A stretch of 46,775 bases of DNA from Promethearchaeota archaeon (GTDB taxonomy: Archaea; Asgardarchaeota; Lokiarchaeia; Sigyniarchaeales; SOKP01): NCBI GenBank assembly GCA_048938025.1, contig JBHLMP010000030.1, forward strand, positions 1 to 46,775, given 5' to 3'. Of the stretch, positions 1 to 9,678 are shown piece by piece. The translations under genes and the position numbers were made by a program. Position 1 is the stretch's first letter. The number at the start of each line of letters is the position of its first letter. The notes under the pieces are model-generated. The model had not been told where the DNA came from. It did not search any database and worked only from the letters and a program-made list of their open reading frames with translations.

Positions 1-872
1 TCGGAAATGGAGCCTACAATTACGTCGTCCAATGGTTCAAGCTCTTTTCCAATAACCGAGGGATTGAAAAGACACTCAGGACCTAAAAATCGCTCCACGC
101 CAACCATAATCGTCTCTCCATCGGGGAGCATGTAGCTTTTCTCCATTCCGGCGACTTTTTTACTCAACATCATTTCCTTCTCCGGATCAATGGCCACATA
201 ACATAATTTCTCCTTTATATCTCTCACAATCTCTTTTTCGGCAGAGGTTGTGAATGAATATCCTTTCTGTCTAAGTAATCTTTGCAAATAGTTGGTGATA
301 TCTCGTCCAGCTAGATCAATTCTTTGGATGGCATGGCTTAAAGCAAAGCCCTCGAAAATTGGCACAACGTGGGAAACCCCATCACCAATATCTATAACAC
401 ATCCTGTGGTACGACCTGAAGCGTAGAGGGATAATACTGCTTGCATTGCTACATAAAGTGCCGGAGTGTTAAAGGTTTCAAACATAATTTCTGCCATTTT
501 TTCCCGATTTGGTCTTGGATTTAAGGGAGCTTCAGTTAAAAGTACTGGGTGTTCACTTGGATCAATTCTGAGGTCTGTATAAAAGGTATAATGCCAGATC
601 TTTTCCATAGCTGTCCAATCTTCTATGATACCATGCTCAACTGGAAACATTAATTTGAGTACACCTTTTAGTTGCATTGCTTCTTCTCCGATGTAATACT
701 CCCTTGTATAGTGCTCAACATCTGTCATTATAGATTCATACTTTGGATAACCTATGAGGGTTGGGAATACTGATCGCGGTTGATCTTCTCCGGCGAAGCC
801 ATTTTTTGAAATGCCAGTACCATTATCGACCACAAGTGCCTTTGCGCTTAAAAAGCTTTCTTCTTCTGCCAT
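1..872 (-). CDS. Asgard actin (Lokiactin), 3'-truncated by the window edge
   Basis: Manual minus-strand translation from ATG at 872: [36 protein letters not shown]...[11 protein letters not shown]...[69 protein letters not shown]...DLAGRDIT...[20 protein letters not shown]...YMLPDG. These are actin signature motifs, and the frame stays open to position 1. Confidence 0.98.
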   Translation of the reverse strand, partial: MAEEESFLSAKALVVDNGTGISKNGFAGEDQPRSVFPTLIGYPKYESIMTDVEHYTREYYIGEEAMQLKGVLKLMFPVEHGIIEDWTAMEKIWHYTFYTDLRIDPSEHPVLLTEAPLNPRPNREKMAEIMFETFNTPALYVAMQAVLSLYASGRTTGCVIDIGDGVSHVVPIFEGFALSHAIQRIDLAGRDITNYLQRLLRQKGYSFTTSAEKEIVRDIKEKLCYVAIDPEKEMMLSKKVAGMEKSYMLPDGETIMVGVERFLGPECLFNPSVIGKELEPLDDVIVGSIS

Positions 873-1373
873 AATTCTTTTTCAGCCTATATTTTTAATT
901 TTAATTTTTATAGATATTATTTTTAGATGTATTTTTATATTGCTTAAGGTAATATTAATTTTTATATTTTTATCAAATAATTGCTTTTTTTATAAACAAT
1001 TAATGCGCAAAATAAAAAATTTAATAATCTAATAAATTTCATCTTTATAAATTTTTTTAATACAGAAATAAAACGTACCATATACAAGTAAGTTTTAAAT
1101 AAAATATTTAAAAGTAACTAATATTTTGGATTTCTAAAAAAGCTTGTACTAGCTTGGTTTTATATCTCTTCTATGTTTGGATTATAAAAAATTGGTGTAA
1201 AAATAAACACTCCTGATGAAATTGTTGTAAAAAAATAGTAACTAGAAATATCTGTTATCTTATCAATAATTCATTTCAATAATAACGACAAAAATATAAA
1301 TAAAAAGAATATAATAAAAAATTCATTAAATTATTTGTTAATTCCCAGTATTTAAAATTTTAAGACTTTAAAA

Positions 1374-2819
1374 ATGGAATTGAACCTTAGTTATATAGAA
1401 GAAAATATTGACCAAATAGGCATTAAAGAGGCATCGGCTTTATTAAAAGAATTGATTGTAAATTCAAAAGATTCTTTTATTCGGAATAAAGCTTTAAAGA
1501 TCTTTAGTTCAATTGATAATGGCAAAAACTTCAAATTTTTTGAGCAGTTATTTCTTTCTGATGAAAATTTTAATATCAGGCTAGAAACAGGATACGTTTT
1601 AAGGGATAAATATCTTAGATATAAGAGATTTATACCTCTTTTAGAATTTACTTTAAATAAACTTGATAATGTACAGCTGAAAATTCTTGCCGTAGATATA
1701 CTAAATCTAATAAATACAACAAATTCAAGAAAAATTATATTTGATTATCTAAAGAGATTGATAAAAACAGAGTTTAAAAGTAAATTTGAAAAATTTTTCA
1801 ATAAAATATTAACATATGAACTTGTAAATCCAATTCCAAGTACGATTATAGATACTTGTACTAATTTAATTCTATACGATTATTACTCTAATAAATGTAG
1901 ATATTATATTACAACGAGAGAAGGAAAAATTATATCATTAAACTGTGAAGGATCCAATTTGAAAAAGATCTCAGAGATTCTAGAATTTAATAGATTAACA
2001 TATTTAGAACATCTTTTACTCCAAAGAAATAAAATTAAAAATATTGAGGGTTTTACACATTTAAATAGATTAAAGACTCTAAATCTTAGTAATAATCAGT
2101 TAGGAAGAATAGAAAACTTAGAAGTTTTAAAAGAAACTTTAGAAGAATTAGATTTATCAAATAATAAGATTGAAAAGATAGAAAATCTAGAATCATTAAG
2201 AAATTTAAGGAAGTTATCATTAGAATCTAATTTGATTAATGAAATTGAAGGACTAGGGAATTTAGTAAATTTAGAAGAGTTAAACTTAAGTAGTAATAAC
2301 ATTAAAGTTATTAAGACTCTAAATTGTTTATTAAAATTAAGAAAGCTAAATCTCTCTTTCAATAAATTAGAGAAGATCTCAAGCTTAAATAAATTAACAA
2401 ATTTATTATGGCTGTATTTAAATAACAATTTAATTAAAGGTATTGAAAATCTTGATACTTTAAAAGATCTAAAGGGACTGTATCTTTCAAATAATTGTAT
2501 TGAGACAATAAAAAATTTAACAAGTTTAACAAATCTAAGAAAATTAGAATTATCAAATAATAATATCCAGAGAATTCAGGGATTAGAAAATCTCAGAAAA
2601 CTTCAAGAATTATTCTTAGATAAAAATAACATACGTAAATTAGAAGGTTTAGAGAATTTAGAGAATTTAATAATTCTTTTTCTTGAAAATAATGAAATTT
2701 CAGAGTTTAGTAATGAGAGTATTGAGAATTTAAAGAATCTTAATTTTATATTCTTAAATGAAAATCCATTAACGCCAAAAAGTAGGGAAATTTATAGGAA
2801 AAAGACTAAATATCCATAA
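1374..2819 (+). CDS. Leucine-rich repeat protein (SDS22-like 22-aa repeats) with N-terminal HEAT-like helical region
   Basis: About 12 repeats of LxxLxLsxNxIxxIEgLxxLxn in the C-terminal 60%, ending in an LNENPL cap; helical N-terminus (IRNKALKIF, IRLETGYVL). Confidence 0.92.
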   Translation: MELNLSYIEENIDQIGIKEASALLKELIVNSKDSFIRNKALKIFSSIDNGKNFKFFEQLFLSDENFNIRLETGYVLRDKYLRYKRFIPLLEFTLNKLDNVQLKILAVDILNLINTTNSRKIIFDYLKRLIKTEFKSKFEKFFNKILTYELVNPIPSTIIDTCTNLILYDYYSNKCRYYITTREGKIISLNCEGSNLKKISEILEFNRLTYLEHLLLQRNKIKNIEGFTHLNRLKTLNLSNNQLGRIENLEVLKETLEELDLSNNKIEKIENLESLRNLRKLSLESNLINEIEGLGNLVNLEELNLSSNNIKVIKTLNCLLKLRKLNLSFNKLEKISSLNKLTNLLWLYLNNNLIKGIENLDTLKDLKGLYLSNNCIETIKNLTSLTNLRKLELSNNNIQRIQGLENLRKLQELFLDKNNIRKLEGLENLENLIILFLENNEISEFSNESIENLKNLNFIFLNENPLTPKSREIYRKKTKYP

Positions 2820-3396
2820 GAAAAATCTCTAATTCTTTGTTTTTTAGATAATCATCAATCCATATTTCCATTAATATCTCATCATAGTATGTTGAATCAA
2901 TATAAAATTGATTTTTTCTAATCCCAATAATTCTAAAACCTAATTTCGTATAAAGAAATTTTGCTCTTTCATTGGTTGAGAAACAACTTAAGATAATTTT
3001 TTCTTTATGATTTAACTTTTTAGACTCTTTTATTGATATGTCAATTAAATTTCTACCTATACCTAAATCGCGATATTTACTTTTAACTATAATACCTAAC
3101 AATCCAACATGAGAAGAAGCATCCCATTCTGAGTTTGAAATCTCACAATGTCCAATAATATTATCTGGAGGATTATGTTCTGGGTTTTCAGCAATAATAC
3201 ATATCTCATTTTCTTTTTTAATGTTATGATACCAAGATTCTTTCTCTAATTGAGTTCTTACTGGATAAAAAACAGGAAGGTATATTCCTTCTTCTATGAC
3301 TTCATTGAAATTGTTCCAAACACCTTCTACATCAGATTTTTTTATATGTCTAAAGATAATTTTTTCTCTGTTTTTTAACTCTAAGACCTTTTTCAT
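2806..3396 (-). CDS. GNAT family N-acetyltransferase
   Basis: Acetyl-CoA motif YRDLGIG; NERAKFLYTKLGF; YYDEILM tail. Confidence 0.9.
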   Translation of the reverse strand: MKKVLELKNREKIIFRHIKKSDVEGVWNNFNEVIEEGIYLPVFYPVRTQLEKESWYHNIKKENEICIIAENPEHNPPDNIIGHCEISNSEWDASSHVGLLGIIVKSKYRDLGIGRNLIDISIKESKKLNHKEKIILSCFSTNERAKFLYTKLGFRIIGIRKNQFYIDSTYYDEILMEIWIDDYLKNKELEIFLMDI

Positions 3397-3441
3397 TATT
3401 TAAATATAAATTTTTATAATTAAATTCCTTATGGTAATATT

Positions 3442-3900
3442 ATGGAAAAAGAAAATGATGAGCGAGTAAAAAAACAGATCAAAGAAAAAGAAAAAACTAA
3501 AGCTTATATTGACGATATCTCTCGACGTAAAAAGCAACCAATAGCAAAAGACTTAGTTAATTTGAAACATGTTGAGGTAAAGAAGCAAGAAGTTAGCCAA
3601 GAAACAATGGACCTTGCCCAAACTTTAAAAGAACAATACCTAGAACATGACCAGTTTGAGAGGCTTTCAAATGATGAAATAACCTTACTTGAATCTATTA
3701 TGGATAAAAGATTATTCTTAACGCGTATTGCGATAATTGCAAATCAAAGTAGAATACCATTAGGGATAGAACCTTTTAAAAAAGCAGATTTAGAAAAACT
3801 ATTAGATCGTCTCATCTCTAAGGGATATATTAATATAGAAAAAGTAGAGGATAAAATAGTCTATTATCTTACAGAAAGAGGTAAATATCGCGTTCAATAG
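3442..3900 (+). CDS. Hypothetical protein, charged N-terminus plus C-terminal winged helix
   Basis: C-terminal LLDRLISKGYI...VYYLTERGK is a typical wHTH recognition helix and wing. Confidence 0.7.
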   Translation: MEKENDERVKKQIKEKEKTKAYIDDISRRKKQPIAKDLVNLKHVEVKKQEVSQETMDLAQTLKEQYLEHDQFERLSNDEITLLESIMDKRLFLTRIAIIANQSRIPLGIEPFKKADLEKLLDRLISKGYINIEKVEDKIVYYLTERGKYRVQ

Positions 3901-4033
3901 ATCATAAAGGACTAATTAATTCTTCTTTAAAAATTTAATATTTTACAATCATCTTTTTAACATTTTACTAATTCTTAAATTATTAATTTCTTTAAGGTAA
4001 ATTATCAAAAATTATTAGGATAGTTAAGAGAAA

Positions 4034-4567
4034 ATGCTTGAAGGTAAGAATGTGAATTTGAGGATTTGTGAGAAAGAGGACTTACCACTAGTTACTGAAT
4101 GGGTTAATGATCCCGAGTTCTTTGGTGAATTTTTTTCTCCAATACAGAGATCCAGAATAGATATAGAAAACGTACAGGATAATAATCCTTTTGATTTTGA
4201 GAGGTTTATTATTGAGAAGAAAGATGGAATCAAAATTGGTCTTATATATCATTTTTGCATGTTGCATCCTATGGAGAAATTATTGGAAATCGGATATGCT
4301 CTAGTTCAAAATGAAAGGAGCAAAGGCTATTGCACTGAAGCTGCCAAGATTATGGTTGACTATTTGTTTCTTTCAAAAGATATAGTATGTATACAAGCCC
4401 TTACTGATGTTGATAATATAGCTTCTCAGAAGGTTTTAGAAAATGCTGGTTTTAAAAAGGAAGGAGTGATTCGTAAACGTTTTTTCACAAGAGGAGAATG
4501 GAGAGATAGTTGGTTTCATAGTATTCTAAGAGAAGAATGGAAAGAACCAAAAATTTTAAAAAAATAA
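4034..4567 (+). CDS. RimJ/RimL-type GNAT acetyltransferase
   Basis: EIGYAL...RSKGYCTEA; NIASQKVLENAGFKKEG; SILREEW. Confidence 0.92.
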   Translation: MLEGKNVNLRICEKEDLPLVTEWVNDPEFFGEFFSPIQRSRIDIENVQDNNPFDFERFIIEKKDGIKIGLIYHFCMLHPMEKLLEIGYALVQNERSKGYCTEAAKIMVDYLFLSKDIVCIQALTDVDNIASQKVLENAGFKKEGVIRKRFFTRGEWRDSWFHSILREEWKEPKILKK

Positions 4568-4588
4568 TTAATAGAAAATTATTACTTA

Positions 4589-4906
4589 TTAATCTTTTTT
4601 CAAAATCAGTTTGTTTATAGGTATATCTTGATATTCTTCACTTGGATTCTCACGTCTAATAGTTAACGGCAGGATTTTAGATTTTAATTCTAATTGTGCG
4701 ATCTTTATAGGATCTATCAGGTTTCTGGGTTTCTCAATTAGAATAGGTGCACCAAAGCTTAACTGCAGTGCTCTTGCACCAACGATTCTAGCTTTCTCAT
4801 ATCTAGTTAAAAAGATTGGCCCAATCTTAACATACTTCCTGACTTCCTTATAAAGTTTTCTTAATTCCCGAGATTCTAAGAAACTAGACATGGTTTGATA
4901 AACCAT
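4589..4906 (-). CDS. rpoK: DNA-directed RNA polymerase subunit K (Rpo6/RPB6)
   Basis: LTRYEKARIVGARALQLSFGAP and ELKSKILPLTIRR motifs. Confidence 0.97.
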   Translation of the reverse strand: MVYQTMSSFLESRELRKLYKEVRKYVKIGPIFLTRYEKARIVGARALQLSFGAPILIEKPRNLIDPIKIAQLELKSKILPLTIRRENPSEEYQDIPINKLILKKD

Positions 4907-5010
4907 AAAAATAAGTAATTAGATTTGTAAAAGTATGATATCATATAATCTTTTCGATTTTAAAAGTAATTAATGTAAATGTATAAGATATTATAGCTAA
5001 ATATAATAAA

Positions 5011-5112
5011 TGGGCCAAGGGAGAATCGAACTCCCGATCTCCCGCATGTGAGGCGGGTATCTTTGGCGCTATAAAATTAGCAAATTATCCTATACCACTA
5101 GATCATTGGCCC
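5011..5112 (-). tRNA. tRNA-Val(CAC) with a ~30-nt intron in the D-arm (intron about 5062-5091)
   Basis: The reverse complement folds as: acceptor GGGCCAA/TTGGCCC plus A73; anticodon arm CCCGC-CTCACAT-GCGGG; T arm GGGAG-TTCGATT-CTCCC. The D-arm is interrupted by extra sequence. CCA is not encoded. Confidence 0.93.
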
Positions 5113-5307
5113 GGTGTTGTATATATTTGAAATAATAAATAATATGAATTAAATTTTACTTAATGATATAATTGAAATCGACTTATTAATTTATTAGTAA
5201 ATTAATTTAAGAATTTAAGAATTATTTAATGATCCTATAAAGTCTATTAGTTTAAATAATTTTTTTAAATTTTTCTATTATAAACCGAATTGGAATAAAA
5301 TTCTCTG

Positions 5308-7698
5308 GTGATTTTAGTATCAGATAGTAAAGAATACATATCACATCCTTTAATAAAACAAAATCAAATTTTACGAAGAGATTACCAAGAAAACATCTTT
5401 ATAAATTGCTTAAATCGTAATTGTTTAGTTGTTATTCCCACTGGGCTTGGTAAAACAATTATTGCGCTAATGCTTGCCGTGCAAAAATTATCGGAAAATC
5501 CTAATTCAAAGGTTATATTTTTAGCTCCTACAAAACCATTAGTGGAGCAACACTATAAATCATTTTTAGATCTAACCACTCTTCCTGAAGAATCATTAAA
5601 AACGTTTACTGGTACAACATCTCCAGAGAAAAGAAAGGACCTATGGCAGGATATTATGGTCGGTTTTATGACACCTCAAGTACTTCAAAATGATTTAATT
5701 TCAAAGTTGTATTCAATTACGGATGTTTCATTAATAATCTTTGATGAATGTCATAGAGCTGTAGGAGATTATGCTTATTGTTTTATAGCAAAGAAATATG
5801 TCAGTCTCGCAAACAAATCTCAGATCTTAGGTCTTACAGCTAGTCCAGGATCTACTCGAGAAAAAGTTAATGAGATTAAAGATAACCTATTAATTGAACA
5901 TATTGAAATTAGAACTGATAAGGATTTAGATGTAAAACCATATATCCATAAAGTTGATAATGAATGGATAAAAATTAAATTACCAGATGAGTTTTTAGAG
6001 ATAAAAGGGATACTAACAGAAAAGTTAAAATCTAGTTATAAGTGGTTAAAGCAGAATGAATTAATAAATACTTATGATATAAATAAAATCACTAGAAAAG
6101 ATCTGCTCCAATTAAATAATAAAGTTAACCAAATGATATCCACTACTAGAGAAGATGTAGAAAAATTCATCTTATTTGACGCTAAAAAAATTCTTGCTAA
6201 TGCAATTAGATTATCTCACATGACTGAATTAATTGAAACTCAAGGTATTAATGCATTACAAGAATACATAATGAAAAATGAAGATAAAATCCTTAAAAAT
6301 GTAGCAAATAAGTCTCTAAAAGAATTATTCCATGATAAGGATATAAAGAGAGTAAAAAATCTGACTTTATCAATACTATCAAGGGGTATTGTTCATCCAA
6401 AGTTAGAAAAGTTAAAGGAAATTTTACAATTTCAACTTATTGGTAATAAACTTTCAAGAATTTTAGTTTTTTGTCACTTCCGAGATTCAGTTAATAATAT
6501 CGTAAGATTTTTTGAAAATGATGAGTTAATAAAAGCTCATAAATTTGTAGGACAACAATCAAAAGGATCTGATAAAGGATTAACTCAGAAAGAACAGATA
6601 AAATTGCTTGAATATTTCAAGGAAGGAGTATATAATACTTTAATAGGGACTAGTGTTGCAGAGGAAGGACTAGATATAGCTGAATGCGATTTAGTTGTTT
6701 TTTACGACGTTGTTCCAAGTGCTATTCGCCATATTCAACGTAGAGGACGTACAGGAAGAAAAAAAGAGGGAAAGGTTTTTGTGTTAATGGCAGAGGATAC
6801 TAGGGATGAGGGTTATTATTGGGCAGAAAAAGTTAAAGAAAAAAATATGTTAGAGAGTTTAAAAAAACTAAAAAGCTCAGAAAAAAATTATGAAAAAGAA
6901 AATGATAATTCAAAAGCCCAGCAATCCTTATTAAGTTATATTTATCAGAAAGAAAATCATATAAAAGAAGAAAAGAATTTAGAATCAAAAAATACAAAGA
7001 TAGTACAGGAACCTATAAATAAAGCTCAATTGGATTCAATAGAAGAAAAAAATGATTTAATAATAATATGTGATAATCGTGAAACTGCCTCTCCAGTTGT
7101 TCGAATACTATCTTTATTGGATATTGATATAAAATTACGACAACTAATAGTTGCTGATTATATAATTTCTAATCGTGTTGGGATTGAAAGAAAAAGTGCT
7201 CAAGATTTTATTAATTCATTAAAAGATGGAAGACTTTTTAATGAGCTATTCGAATTAAAAAAGAAATTTGAGATACCCATATTAGTTTTAGAAGGAGATC
7301 CATTTTTAGAATCTAACATAAATCAAAACGCTTTATATGGAGCAATAACTTCAATCATACTGAATATAGGGATAAATATTTATAGAACAACCAATTCTGA
7401 AGAAACTGCTAATTTTTTGTATCAATTAGCTAAAAAAGAACAATCAAAATTAGTAAGTTCAATTAAATTACGATTTGAAAAAAAACCAATTGAGACCTCT
7501 CGTTTATTAGAATATATAATCGCTGGATTACCCGGTGTAAATGCATTAAGAGCTAAAAATTTATTAAAAGAATTAAAAACCTTACAAAATATCTTTCTAG
7601 CAGATATACCTGAATTAACTAAAATTGATAATATTGGTAAAAAAATAGCGCAACAAATTTTTAAAATAAGTAGGTATAAGTACAAAAATTATAATTAA
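5308..7698 (+). CDS. hef: Hef helicase/nuclease (FANCM/Mph1-type SF2 helicase fused to ERCC4 nuclease and HhH2)
   Basis: PTGLGKT, DECHRA, TASPG, QRRGRTGR; ERCC4 DNRE...DY...ERKSAQD; C-terminal HhH (LPGVN, IDNIGKK). Confidence 0.96.
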   Translation: MILVSDSKEYISHPLIKQNQILRRDYQENIFINCLNRNCLVVIPTGLGKTIIALMLAVQKLSENPNSKVIFLAPTKPLVEQHYKSFLDLTTLPEESLKTFTGTTSPEKRKDLWQDIMVGFMTPQVLQNDLISKLYSITDVSLIIFDECHRAVGDYAYCFIAKKYVSLANKSQILGLTASPGSTREKVNEIKDNLLIEHIEIRTDKDLDVKPYIHKVDNEWIKIKLPDEFLEIKGILTEKLKSSYKWLKQNELINTYDINKITRKDLLQLNNKVNQMISTTREDVEKFILFDAKKILANAIRLSHMTELIETQGINALQEYIMKNEDKILKNVANKSLKELFHDKDIKRVKNLTLSILSRGIVHPKLEKLKEILQFQLIGNKLSRILVFCHFRDSVNNIVRFFENDELIKAHKFVGQQSKGSDKGLTQKEQIKLLEYFKEGVYNTLIGTSVAEEGLDIAECDLVVFYDVVPSAIRHIQRRGRTGRKKEGKVFVLMAEDTRDEGYYWAEKVKEKNMLESLKKLKSSEKNYEKENDNSKAQQSLLSYIYQKENHIKEEKNLESKNTKIVQEPINKAQLDSIEEKNDLIIICDNRETASPVVRILSLLDIDIKLRQLIVADYIISNRVGIERKSAQDFINSLKDGRLFNELFELKKKFEIPILVLEGDPFLESNINQNALYGAITSIILNIGINIYRTTNSEETANFLYQLAKKEQSKLVSSIKLRFEKKPIETSRLLEYIIAGLPGVNALRAKNLLKELKTLQNIFLADIPELTKIDNIGKKIAQQIFKISRYKYKNYN

Positions 7699-7837
7699 TT
7701 TTGAGTTATAAAGATTAATTTAGGTTATTAAAACTATAAAAAAGTTTTTTATTCTTTTCAATAATAATTAATAATATTATTGAATTTAATTCAGTTGTAT
7801 TATATTTTTTAGAATGATTATTTGAGCGAGAAAAGAT

Positions 7838-8422
7838 ATGATAAAGTTTAAAGTTGTTGTTGCTGGGGCCAAAAATGTTGGAAAAACAAGCTTGATTCGT
7901 AGGTATGCGACAGGGAAATTTGATAAATCAACATTATCTACAATTGGTGTTGATTTTGAGACAAAAAAAGTTGTAGTTGATAATACAGAAATTTTATTGA
8001 ATATTTGGGATTTTGCAGGTGAAGAACGATTTCGGGTCTTATTTCCTTCTTATATATCTGGAGCTTCTGGAGCTTTGATGCTATATGATGTTACAAATAA
8101 GGATTCATTAAATGATCTTTATGATTGGATAAATGTCATCGCATCTGTTCCAAATGCACCTAAAACAAAAATTTTGATTGAAGCAAAGATTGATTTAGAA
8201 CGCAAGGTAAAAAGAGAGGATGGATTGAAGGTGTTTGAAAAGTTTAAGTTTCAGGGGGATTTAATTAGTACTTCTTCTAAAACGGGAGATAATGTTGAAA
8301 AAGCTTTCGAAATGCTTGGAAGAGAAATAATAAAAAATTCTTTAAGAAAATGTACTAAATGTGGAGAATTATATCCCTTAGAAATGAAGTTTTGTCAATA
8401 TTGTGGAACTAAAACCATATAA
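7838..8422 (+). CDS. Rab/Ras-like small GTPase with C-terminal zinc ribbon
   Basis: G1 GAKNVGKTS, G2 STIGVDF, G3 WDFAGEERF, G4 variant AKID, G5 TSSK; tail CTKC...CQYCG. Confidence 0.95.
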   Translation: MIKFKVVVAGAKNVGKTSLIRRYATGKFDKSTLSTIGVDFETKKVVVDNTEILLNIWDFAGEERFRVLFPSYISGASGALMLYDVTNKDSLNDLYDWINVIASVPNAPKTKILIEAKIDLERKVKREDGLKVFEKFKFQGDLISTSSKTGDNVEKAFEMLGREIIKNSLRKCTKCGELYPLEMKFCQYCGTKTI

Positions 8423-8595
8423 AGCTCTTGCTCTTTATATTTGCTTGATTATTTTTCTCTTTTTATAGAACAAAGAATTTTAGCATTAAATATAATTTTT
8501 ATTTCTTAAAAATGCTTTAATCTTAAAGAAAAATTTATTTACCAGAATAAATAAAAAAAAGTATATTAAAGGTTATTGAAGAATAGTAAAGGTTA

Positions 8596-9678
8596 TTGAA
8601 GTTGTATTACAATTTTAATGAAGATATTCAAGAGATAATTAACCGATTAAAAAAGGAAAATATTACTTTTGAGAATAAAGTAATTTTAGTAACTGGTGGA
8701 GCAGGTTTTCTCGGCTCATGGGTGTGTGATGTGCTGGTAGAACAGGGTGCGTATTGCATCTGTTTAGATAATTTAACCTCAGGGCAACCTGAAAATATAA
8801 TGCATCTTATGTTGAAAGACAATTTTCGCTTTGTTAATCACGATATTTCTTATCCTATATACTTTGGCTTTTCATACCATCCATTAGGAATCTGTATTGA
8901 TGATATTAAAAGAATTGACATTGTTATGCATATGGCAAGTCGAGCTTCCCCTTTTGAATTTACAGAAGAACCCATATCTATTTTGAGAAGTAATACATTA
9001 GGGACATTGAACACTTTAGGCATTGCAAAATTCCATAATGCTATTTTCTTTTATACAAGTACCTCTGAAGTCTATGGAAATCCACCAAAAGAAGCAGTTC
9101 CTACACCAGAAAGTTATTTTGGACATGTAAACCCTGTTGGACCTAGAAGCTGTTATGATGAGTCCAAAAGAGCAGGAGAAGCATTTATTAAAGCATATGA
9201 ACTTCAACATCAAATGAGAACAAAAATCGTAAGAATTTTTAACACATCAGGACCTAGAATACGACATGGACCTGAATTTGGAAGAGTTGTTCCCAATTTC
9301 ATACACCAAGCCATACATGATGAAGATATTATTGTTTTTGGAGATGGATCACAAACTAGATCTTTTATCTATGTAGTCGATGAGATTGAAGGGATACTTA
9401 AAATGGTTCAAAAAGATGAAGCCATTGGAGATGTTATTAATTTAGGTAATAATAAGGAATATACCATTCTCGAATTAGCTAATATCATAAAAGATTTAAC
9501 GAATTCTAACTCAAAAATTATATTTAAACCATTGCCTATTGATGATCCAGTCCGTAGGTGTCCTGATATACAAAAAGCAAAGGAAATTCTCAATTGGGAA
9601 CCAACAACGTCTCTAAAGGACGGTTTGAAAAAAACTATTGCTTGGTTTAAAGATAATGAGCGTAAAAGGCAAGAATAA
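8596..9678 (+). CDS. UDP-glucuronate decarboxylase (UDP-xylose synthase)-like extended SDR
   Basis: TGGAGFLG, ASRASP, TSTSEVYG, GPRSCYDESKR, GDGSQTRSF, DDPVRRCPDI. Confidence 0.9.
   Translation: MKLYYNFNEDIQEIINRLKKENITFENKVILVTGGAGFLGSWVCDVLVEQGAYCICLDNLTSGQPENIMHLMLKDNFRFVNHDISYPIYFGFSYHPLGICIDDIKRIDIVMHMASRASPFEFTEEPISILRSNTLGTLNTLGIAKFHNAIFFYTSTSEVYGNPPKEAVPTPESYFGHVNPVGPRSCYDESKRAGEAFIKAYELQHQMRTKIVRIFNTSGPRIRHGPEFGRVVPNFIHQAIHDEDIIVFGDGSQTRSFIYVVDEIEGILKMVQKDEAIGDVINLGNNKEYTILELANIIKDLTNSNSKIIFKPLPIDDPVRRCPDIQKAKEILNWEPTTSLKDGLKKTIAWFKDNERKRQE

Noticed and set aside
811-1032. 73-aa hydrophobic plus-strand ORF in the track
   Set aside because: It overlaps the actin start antisense and runs through AT-rich promoter DNA; the Ile/Phe richness is a composition artefact.
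1213-1250. CTGATGA...GAAA resembling a hammerhead core or C/D box
   Set aside because: The required stem II does not pair, and I found no convincing partner box or terminal stem.
1980-2770. Periodic ~66-nt similarity that could suggest a DNA repeat array or CRISPR
   Set aside because: It is explained by the LRR protein repeats; there are no identical repeats with unique spacers.
4907-5307. tRNA as the integration site of a mobile element
   Set aside because: I saw no integrase and no duplicated tRNA 3' end, and both flanks are core genes (rpoK, hef).
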